Origin: an uncultured Saprospiraceae bacterium
GTDB lineage: Bacteria; Bacteroidota; Bacteroidia; Chitinophagales; Saprospiraceae
DNA length: 64,000 nucleotides
Direction: 5' to 3'
NCBI GenBank assembly: GCA_964573725.1
Contig: CAZNLJ010000015.1
Location: 43,738 to 107,737, forward strand
The notes beneath the pieces were generated by a model that worked only from the letters and a program-made list of their open reading frames with translations, made no database searches and was not told the origin of the DNA. Below are positions 57,366 through 64,000 of this stretch, one piece after another; position 1 is the stretch's first letter, and each line of letters opens with the position of its first letter. A program made the position numbers and the translations under genes.

Positions 57366-58820
57366 ATGATACATACCAAGATAGAGACCATGCTGGCGGA
57401 TACGGTCACCCCTGTCAGCCTGTACCTGCGCCTGCGGGACCGATATCCCGGCGCCTTGCTCCTGGAGAGCTCTGATTACCATGGGAATGAAAACAGCATT
57501 TCCTTTCTTTGCCTCGGCAGCCTGGCCAGTTTCACGGCGGATGGAGACCGGGTGGAGATACAGTCCGCCGGAACCGCGCCCATCGTGGAGAAAGTGGACC
57601 GCCCCCGGGAGGTCGGGGAGCGGCTCGCCGTTTTTTTCGACACTTACACACCTGCGGAAGCGAAGGGAGCGACCGGGGGACTCAATGGATTCTTCGGTTA
57701 CACCACCTATGATGCCGTTCCTTACTTCGAGGACATCCAGCTGACGGCCCGGGATCCGGAGGAACGCCATATCCCCGCCTTGCGCTATCATTTGCCCCGC
57801 TTCATATTGGCGATCAATCATTTCAACAACCGGATGACCCTCCTGGAAAACCTGCTGCCAGGCATGGACAGCCAGCTGGCGCAGCTGAAGGGATTGCTAT
57901 CCGTCACCACCGTCCCGGCCTTTCCCTTCCGGTTGGTCGGGGAGGTCGCCTCCAACATGGCGGACGGGGATTTCCTCCGGATGGTGGAATCGGGCCGGGC
58001 GTACTGCCAGCAGGGCGAGGTGTTCCAGATCGTCCTGTCCAGGCAGTTCTCCCAAGCGTTCGAAGGAGACGATTTCAATGTCTACCGGGCCTTGCGGGCC
58101 GTCAATCCGTCCCCGTACCTTTTTTATTTCGACTATGGCGCTTACCGTTTGTTCGGCTCCAGCCCGGAGGCCCAGGTCCGGCTTAAAGCGGAGGGACCGG
58201 ACGCGGAATCGGGCAGGAAGGCGGTAATCCATCCCATTGCCGGCACATTTCCCCGGACAGGCGACGATGTCGCCGACCGGCTTTCGGCGGAGGCCCTGGC
58301 GGCGGACCCGAAGGAAAATGCGGAACATGTGATGCTGGTGGACCTCGCCCGCAACGACCTGAACCGCCTCTGCCGGGATGTCCGGGTGGAAACCTATCGG
58401 GAAGTGCAGTTCTACAGCCATGTCATCCACCTCGTCTCCGAAGTCACCGGCCGACTCCCGGCAAGCGTTTCGGCAACGGAATTGCTCGCGCAGACTTTCC
58501 CGGCCGGCACCTTGAGCGGAGCCCCCAAGTACCGGGCCATGCAACTCATCGACCGCACGGAAGGGGTGCGGCGTGGCTTCTACGGCGGCTGCGTCGGTTT
58601 CTTCGCCCTGCACGGAGGCACCAATCATGCGATCTTGATCAGAAGCTTCCTCAGCAAAGGAAACACCCTTTATTTCCAGGCCGGGGCCGGGATCGTGAGA
58701 TCTTCCGTCCCGGAAAAGGAACTCCAGGAGGTCTACCACAAGGTCGGCGCCCTTCGCAAGGCCATCGCCTGGGCAGCCGGCGGCGAAGCCCCGCCGGCCG
58801 TATCCGGAACAAACCGGTAA
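57366..58820 (+). CDS. trpE: Anthranilate synthase component I
   Basis: Chorismate-binding family motifs (LLESS, GEVFQIVLS, GAPK, RGFYGG). Confidence 0.92.
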   Translation: MIHTKIETMLADTVTPVSLYLRLRDRYPGALLLESSDYHGNENSISFLCLGSLASFTADGDRVEIQSAGTAPIVEKVDRPREVGERLAVFFDTYTPAEAKGATGGLNGFFGYTTYDAVPYFEDIQLTARDPEERHIPALRYHLPRFILAINHFNNRMTLLENLLPGMDSQLAQLKGLLSVTTVPAFPFRLVGEVASNMADGDFLRMVESGRAYCQQGEVFQIVLSRQFSQAFEGDDFNVYRALRAVNPSPYLFYFDYGAYRLFGSSPEAQVRLKAEGPDAESGRKAVIHPIAGTFPRTGDDVADRLSAEALAADPKENAEHVMLVDLARNDLNRLCRDVRVETYREVQFYSHVIHLVSEVTGRLPASVSATELLAQTFPAGTLSGAPKYRAMQLIDRTEGVRRGFYGGCVGFFALHGGTNHAILIRSFLSKGNTLYFQAGAGIVRSSVPEKELQEVYHKVGALRKAIAWAAGGEAPPAVSGTNR

Positions 58821-58832
58821 ACAACCGCTGCC

Positions 58833-59429
58833 ATGAAGATTTTGGTATTGGACAATTACGATTCGTTCACCTACAACCTGGTGCAGTACCTCGAGGAATT
58901 GACGGGATTCCGGCCCGACGTATACCGGAACGATGCCCTGACCGTGTCGGCAGCCCGAGCCTACGACAAGATCCTGCTTTCGCCGGGTCCCGGCCTGCCG
59001 GAAACCAGCGGCATCCTGTGTGACCTGGTGCGCGAACTGGCGCCCACCCACAGCATACTGGGTGTCTGCCTGGGCTTGCAGGCCATCGGGGAAGTGTTCG
59101 GCGGCCGGTTGCGGAACCTCGACCAGGTGTTCCATGGAATCGCGACGGAAATCCGTATCACCCGGCCCGAGGAACTCCTCTTCCGGGAACTGCCGCCGGT
59201 TTTCCAGGCCGGCCGATACCATTCCTGGGTGGTGGACGCCGATTTGCTGCCGGATTGCCTGGACATCACTTGCGTAGATGCACAAGGTGCCATCATGGGC
59301 CTGACCCATCGGCACCACGATGTCCGGGGCGTCCAATTCCATCCGGAATCCATATTGACCCAAGCCGGCCGTACCATCCTGGCGAATTGGCTCACGACGG
59401 ACGCCCGCCCACACAAGACAAGCCAATGA
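58833..59429 (+). CDS. trpG: Anthranilate synthase component II (glutamine amidotransferase)
   Basis: MKILVLDNYDSFTYNLVQYL, GVCLGLQAI catalytic Cys, and GVQFHPES. Confidence 0.92.
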   Translation: MKILVLDNYDSFTYNLVQYLEELTGFRPDVYRNDALTVSAARAYDKILLSPGPGLPETSGILCDLVRELAPTHSILGVCLGLQAIGEVFGGRLRNLDQVFHGIATEIRITRPEELLFRELPPVFQAGRYHSWVVDADLLPDCLDITCVDAQGAIMGLTHRHHDVRGVQFHPESILTQAGRTILANWLTTDARPHKTSQ

Positions 59430-60415
59430 AGAAGATCCTGAACAAACTGTTCGAACACGAACACCTGAGCCGCGCGGAAGCGTACGAAACGCTGACGGAA
59501 ATGACACGGGGCGGGACGAACGATGCACAGATCGCCGCCTTCATGACGGTATACCTCATGCGCACCATATCGGTGGAGGAACTGGAAGGATTCCGGGCGG
59601 CGTTGCTGGATTTGTGCGTACGGGTACCGATGGACCATGCCGAAACCATCGACCTGTGCGGAACCGGGGGCGACGGAAAGCACACTTTCAACATTTCCAC
59701 GCTGGCGGGATTTGTGGTGGCAGGTGCCGGTGGCAAAGTGGTCAAACATGGGAATTACGGCGTATCCTCGGTATGCGGTTCGTCCAATGTGCTGGAATCG
59801 CTGGGATACCGATTCAAACAGGATGTGGACAGCCTGCGGCGGGAACTGGATGCCGCCGGCATCTGCTTCCTGCACGCACCGCTGTTCCACCCGGCCCTGA
59901 AGAGCGTTGGGCCCGTCCGGAAAGCGCTGGGTGTCAAGACTTTTTTCAATATGCTGGGCCCCTTGGTCAATCCGGCGACCCCGTCCTGCCAATTTACCGG
60001 CGTCTTCAGTTTCGAACTCCAACGCTTGTACGGATACCTGCTGCAGCGTACCCGGCAACGGTTCCGGGTCGTCCATACCTTCGACGGGTACGACGAACTC
60101 TCGCTCACGGCACCTGCGCGGGTGGTCCGGGAGGACGGGGAAGACAACCTCGACCCGGGTCTCTTCGGCGGGACGGTCCGGCAGGAAGACCTGGCCGGCG
60201 GCGATACCGTGGAAGCCAACCGCCGCATATTCATCGATATACTGGCCGGCAAGGGTACCCCTGCGCAGCAACGGGTCGTGGTCGCCAACGCCGCCATGGC
60301 GCTGCAGTGCCTGTCGCCGGAAAAACCCCTGGCGGAATGCGTGGACGCCGCACGGGAGTCCTTGTCCGCCGGCCGTGCCGAATCTGTCCTGCAGCGGCTG
60401 ATTTCGATGCAATGA
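59426..60415 (+). CDS. trpD: Anthranilate phosphoribosyltransferase
   Basis: DLCGTGGDGKHTFNIST motif. The ATGA start/stop overlaps trpG. Confidence 0.92.
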   Translation: MKKILNKLFEHEHLSRAEAYETLTEMTRGGTNDAQIAAFMTVYLMRTISVEELEGFRAALLDLCVRVPMDHAETIDLCGTGGDGKHTFNISTLAGFVVAGAGGKVVKHGNYGVSSVCGSSNVLESLGYRFKQDVDSLRRELDAAGICFLHAPLFHPALKSVGPVRKALGVKTFFNMLGPLVNPATPSCQFTGVFSFELQRLYGYLLQRTRQRFRVVHTFDGYDELSLTAPARVVREDGEDNLDPGLFGGTVRQEDLAGGDTVEANRRIFIDILAGKGTPAQQRVVVANAAMALQCLSPEKPLAECVDAARESLSAGRAESVLQRLISMQ

Positions 60416-60546
60416 GCGCCGACCGGCGGAGCGGCGCCCAACCGGACCGTCATCCCGACGCACTTGACCAACTAGACCGATAAGGAAAAATAAGGGCAGG
60501 AATTGTGCAGGGGGCGTTCCCCTGACCACCAACTATCGGAAGAACT

Positions 60547-61362
60547 ATGAGCGTCCTGGAAAAAATCGTGGCTCAAAAAAAGAAAGAAGTCGCCGAGCGG
60601 CAAAAGCAGTATCCGTATGCCAAGCTGGAAAAAAGCTTCCACTGGAACCGGCCACCGATCCGCCTGACCACTGCGATCACCGCGAAAAACAGCTCCGGCA
60701 TCATCGCCGAGTTCAAGCGGCGATCCCCGTCGAAAGGCATCATCAACGACCAGGTTCAAATCGACCAGGTCAGTACGGGATATGTACGGGCCGGAGCCGC
60801 CGCCTTGTCCATCCTGACAGATACACCCTTTTTCGGGGGGCATGTGGAGGACCTGACCCGGGCCCGGGAGATCAACATGGTGCCGATCCTTCGCAAGGAT
60901 TTCATCATCAGTGATTACCAAATCATGGAAGCCCGGAGCCTGGGAGCGGATGTCATCCTGCTGATTGCCGCGGTCTTGCCGCCCGAGGAGGTTCGCCGGC
61001 TGAGTGCATTCGCCGGTTCCCTCGGTATGGAGGTCCTGTTGGAATTACACGACGCCGATGAGACCGGGCATATCTGCGACTCCGTCCAACTGGTCGGGGT
61101 GAACAACCGCAACCTGTCGGATTTTACGGTGGATGTCGGCCGGTCCTTCGACCTGGCCGGACAGCTGCCGAAGGACAAGGTCTGGGTGGCGGAATCCGGC
61201 CTGCAGGACCCCGCCGTGGTGCGCGAATTGAAGTCCGCAGGGTTCCACGGATTCCTGATCGGGGAATATTTCATGCGGGAAGCGCGGCCCGAGGAGGCTT
61301 GCCGCAGGTTTGTCTCCGGACTGCAAGCGGACGAAAAAACCGGCAGGGAACACCCTGCGTGA
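60547..61362 (+). CDS. trpC: Indole-3-glycerol phosphate synthase
   Basis: IIAEFKRRSPSKG, ILRKDFII and VGVNNRNL motifs. Confidence 0.92.
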   Translation: MSVLEKIVAQKKKEVAERQKQYPYAKLEKSFHWNRPPIRLTTAITAKNSSGIIAEFKRRSPSKGIINDQVQIDQVSTGYVRAGAAALSILTDTPFFGGHVEDLTRAREINMVPILRKDFIISDYQIMEARSLGADVILLIAAVLPPEEVRRLSAFAGSLGMEVLLELHDADETGHICDSVQLVGVNNRNLSDFTVDVGRSFDLAGQLPKDKVWVAESGLQDPAVVRELKSAGFHGFLIGEYFMREARPEEACRRFVSGLQADEKTGREHPA

Positions 61363-61377
61363 CCATAGAAAGGCCCT

Positions 61378-62028
61378 ATGCTGCAAATTAAAGTCTGCGG
61401 ATTGAAAACGGAGGAGAACGCCCGGGCGGTACTGCGTATCGGACCGGACTACGTCGGATTCATTTTCGTCGGCCGGTCCCCCCGATGGGTAGGCCCCCCC
61501 GATGTCTGCGACTGGATTCGGACCCTCCCGGACAGCGCGCGGAAGGTGGGTGTGTTCGTCAATGCCGAAACGGCGGAGATCCGCCGGCAAGCCCAGGCTA
61601 CCGGTTTGTCCGTCATCCAGTTGCATGGAGACGAACCGCCGGAGCAATGCCGGTCCCTGCGGGCGGCGGGTTGGGAGGTGTGGAAGGTATTTTCCGTCGG
61701 CAGCACGTTGGACCTTGGCCAGGTAGAAAGATATGCGGGCAGTTGCGACCGCTTCCTGTTCGACACCGGCGGCCGGGAACGCGGCGGAAACGGCATCCCG
61801 TTCGACTGGACCCTGTTGCACGGTTATGGCGGGGAAACGCCCTATTGGCTGAGCGGCGGCATCGGACCGGAAGCGGCTCCGGCGATCCGGGCATTCCTGA
61901 TGCGGGCGCCGGCTCCACTCCGCCAAGCCTGCATCGGCGTGGATATCAACAGCCGCTTCGAGACGGCCCCAGGCAACAAAGATGTATCGTCCATCAAACA
62001 ATTTCAAGATGCACTCAAACGGATCTGA
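61378..62028 (+). CDS. trpF: Phosphoribosylanthranilate isomerase
   Basis: KVCGL, DYVGFIF and VQLHGDE motifs. Confidence 0.9.
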   Translation: MLQIKVCGLKTEENARAVLRIGPDYVGFIFVGRSPRWVGPPDVCDWIRTLPDSARKVGVFVNAETAEIRRQAQATGLSVIQLHGDEPPEQCRSLRAAGWEVWKVFSVGSTLDLGQVERYAGSCDRFLFDTGGRERGGNGIPFDWTLLHGYGGETPYWLSGGIGPEAAPAIRAFLMRAPAPLRQACIGVDINSRFETAPGNKDVSSIKQFQDALKRI

Positions 62029-63238
62029 CCGCACCGTCCCGACACCGGGCACCGCTGTGACCCCGTTTCCCGACGAACAGGGATTCTACGGATCATTCGG
62101 CGGAGCCTTCGTACCGGAGATGCTGTTCCCCAACGTGGAGGAATTGCGCACCCGCTATCTTTCCATACTCTCCGGGGAATCATTCCGGAGCGCTTACCGA
62201 CACCTGCTGAAGGAGTACGTGGGTCGGGAGACCCCCCTTTACCTCGCGCAACGATTATCCGACCACTACGGTTGTCGGATTTACTTGAAACGGGAGGACC
62301 TGTGCCATACCGGAGCCCACAAGATCAACAACACCGTCGGCCAGATCCTGTTGGCGAGGGCGCTCGGCAAACGGCGGATAATTGCGGAAACCGGCGCCGG
62401 GCAGCATGGCGTGGCCACTGCCACCGTCTGTGCATTGATGGGCATGGAATGTATCGTGTACATGGGGGAGCTGGACATACAGCGGCAAGCGCCCAATGTC
62501 GCCCGGATGCGGATGTTGGGGGCGACCGTCGTTCCGGCCCGCAGCGGCAACCGCACCCTGAAGGATGCCACCAATGAAGCGATCCGCGATTGGATCTGCC
62601 ATCCGGAGGACACCCATTACATCATCGGGTCGGTCGTGGGCCCGCATCCCTACCCCGACCTGGTGGCCCGCCTCCAGGCGGTCATCAGCGAGGAGATCCG
62701 GTCCCAGCTGCAGGAAAAGGAAGGGACCCCGAACCCGGCGGCCGTCCTGGCCTGCGTCGGGGGCGGCAGCAATGCGGCCGGAGCCTTCTATCATTTCATC
62801 GACCAACCGGGTGTCCGGCTGCTCGGTGCCGAAGCCGCCGGACATGGGGTCGATTCCGGGGAAACCGCCGCCACCATCGCCCTGGGGACACCGGGCATCC
62901 TCCACGGAAGCCTGTCCATGCTCATCCAGGACGCCGACGGACAGGTGACGGAACCTTATTCGATTTCCGCCGGGCTCGACTATCCCGGCGTCGGTCCCCT
63001 GCACGCCACGCTCGGCACGTCCGGTCGCGCAGAATACTTGCCGGTGACGGACGAGGAAGCCTTGGCCGCCGCCCTGCTGCTGTCCCGCCGGGAAGGCATC
63101 ATTCCGGCCCTGGAAACGGCGCACGCCCTGGCCCTGTTCGAGAAGATCCCCTTCGACAAGGAGGAGGTCGTCGTCGTTTGCCTTTCCGGGAGGGGCGACA
63201 AGGACCTCGCCACTTACATGCAACATTTCCAATTGTAA
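62009..63238 (+). CDS. trpB: Tryptophan synthase beta chain
   Basis: [19 protein letters not shown] (PLP lysine) and GGGSNA motifs. An alternative start is at 61982; either start overlaps the trpF end. Confidence 0.92.
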   Translation: MHSNGSDRTVPTPGTAVTPFPDEQGFYGSFGGAFVPEMLFPNVEELRTRYLSILSGESFRSAYRHLLKEYVGRETPLYLAQRLSDHYGCRIYLKREDLCHTGAHKINNTVGQILLARALGKRRIIAETGAGQHGVATATVCALMGMECIVYMGELDIQRQAPNVARMRMLGATVVPARSGNRTLKDATNEAIRDWICHPEDTHYIIGSVVGPHPYPDLVARLQAVISEEIRSQLQEKEGTPNPAAVLACVGGGSNAAGAFYHFIDQPGVRLLGAEAAGHGVDSGETAATIALGTPGILHGSLSMLIQDADGQVTEPYSISAGLDYPGVGPLHATLGTSGRAEYLPVTDEEALAAALLLSRREGIIPALETAHALALFEKIPFDKEEVVVVCLSGRGDKDLATYMQHFQL

Positions 63239-63249
63239 ACCGGATATTT

Positions 63250-64000
63250 ATGGCGACCAACAGATTGGATACCTTGTTCGAAAGAAAAGCTGGGGATGTA
63301 CTGGCCGTTTACTTCACGGCAGGGTACCCCCGGCTGGACATCACCCGCGACACCATCCTCCAGCTGGATGCCGCAGGCGCCGACCTGATCGAGATCGGCA
63401 TCCCGTTCAGTGATCCGCTGGCCGACGGCCCGACGATACAGGCCAGTTCCAAAGCCGCCATCGACGGGGGTATGACCTTGTCCCTGCTTTTCAGACAGTT
63501 GGAGGATATTCGCAACCACACCCAAATCCCCCTGGTGCTGATGGGGTATCTCAACCCCGTGATGCGCTTCGGGATGGATGACTTCTGCCGCAGGTGCCGG
63601 GAAACCGGGGTGGACGGAATTATCCTTCCGGATATGCCCTTGTCTTTTTTCCTGGCACGTTACCAGCCGGTCTTTGCCGATTACGGACTCCACCCCATCT
63701 TTCTCGTGACGCCGCAAACCGGCGATGCCAGGATGCGGGAACTGGAGGCTGCCTCCGGCGGATTCCTGTATGCCGTTTCCATGGCTACCACCACGGGGGG
63801 AACCGGCGGATTCGGTGCGGAACAGGTCGCTTATTTCAATCGGTTGAAAGGCTTGGGATTGCAAAAACCGATATTGGCGGGATTCGGTATCGCCGACCAC
63901 CCCTCCTTTCGGACTGCCTGCGACCACCTGTCCGGCGCTGTCGTCGGAAGTGCCTTCATCCGGGCCCAGGAACAAGGTATCCATCCGGCGGAATTCGTAC
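63250..64000 (+). CDS. trpA: Tryptophan synthase alpha chain (3' partial, runs off window)
   Basis: Hand translation from the ATG at 63250 gives MATNRLDTLFERKAGDVLAVYFTAGYPRLD...IEIGIPFSDPLADGPTIQ. No stop before the window end. Confidence 0.88.
   Translation, partial: MATNRLDTLFERKAGDVLAVYFTAGYPRLDITRDTILQLDAAGADLIEIGIPFSDPLADGPTIQASSKAAIDGGMTLSLLFRQLEDIRNHTQIPLVLMGYLNPVMRFGMDDFCRRCRETGVDGIILPDMPLSFFLARYQPVFADYGLHPIFLVTPQTGDARMRELEAASGGFLYAVSMATTTGGTGGFGAEQVAYFNRLKGLGLQKPILAGFGIADHPSFRTACDHLSGAVVGSAFIRAQEQGIHPAEFV

Noticed and set aside
1-64000. Looked for CRISPR arrays, tandem repeats, IS ends, integrase, transposase or phage genes, toxin-antitoxin pairs and known defence-system genes.
   Set aside because: None was seen by eye. 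No regularly spaced direct repeats were found, and no ORF carries transposase, integrase, reverse-transcriptase, or nuclease-helicase defence signatures. RmuC is a widespread housekeeping-type gene. A computational repeat search was not possible here.

Overview
The window is about 64 kb of high-GC chromosome (roughly 60% or more by eye). It looks like Bacteroidota: a T9SS C-terminal sorting domain, a DUF1573 protein, a Porin_10-like barrel next to a giant TPR protein, TAnnTTTG promoter boxes and a Bacteroid-trp-type leader. I call about 50 tightly packed CDS, nearly all core metabolism or envelope functions.

Gene content:
- Central metabolism: fused-E1 2-oxoacid dehydrogenase, pyruvate carboxylase, transketolase, xylose isomerase, GntP permease, GlpD, a PfkB kinase and a Pat-like ACS-GNAT protein.
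- Housekeeping and envelope: SurE, LpxB, RmuC and a flippase.
- Secreted enzymes: two carrying PA14 domains (a GH29 fucosidase and a PQQ-type sugar dehydrogenase with a T9SS tail).
- Regulation and tryptophan: an ECF sigma / anti-sigma / DUF4097 module, a YdbS/YdbT-like PH-domain pair, two kynurenine-pathway genes, and a complete trpEGDCFBA operon (trpA runs off the 3' end).

I found no rRNA, tRNA, CRISPR array, transposase, integrase, phage gene or recognisable defence or toxin-antitoxin module. By gene content this is an ordinary core region, and I see no convincing new multi-gene system.

Things not explained by ordinary annotation:
1. A 732-bp gene-free spacer between two convergent genes (18708-19439). 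It looks like an independent transcript of about 490 nt ending in the strongest terminator in the window, so it is a candidate unclassified structured RNA.
2. A 21-codon leader ORF with three consecutive Trp codons plus a terminator upstream of trpE.
3. A plant/animal-type cyclophilin with a signal peptide.
4. An unlisted 40-codon lipoprotein ORF.
5. A possible periplasmic sugar-oxidation cluster.

The many antisense ORFs of 500-970 aa are codon-usage artefacts. Several start codons were moved downstream of the ORF-track starts, and these remain uncertain.
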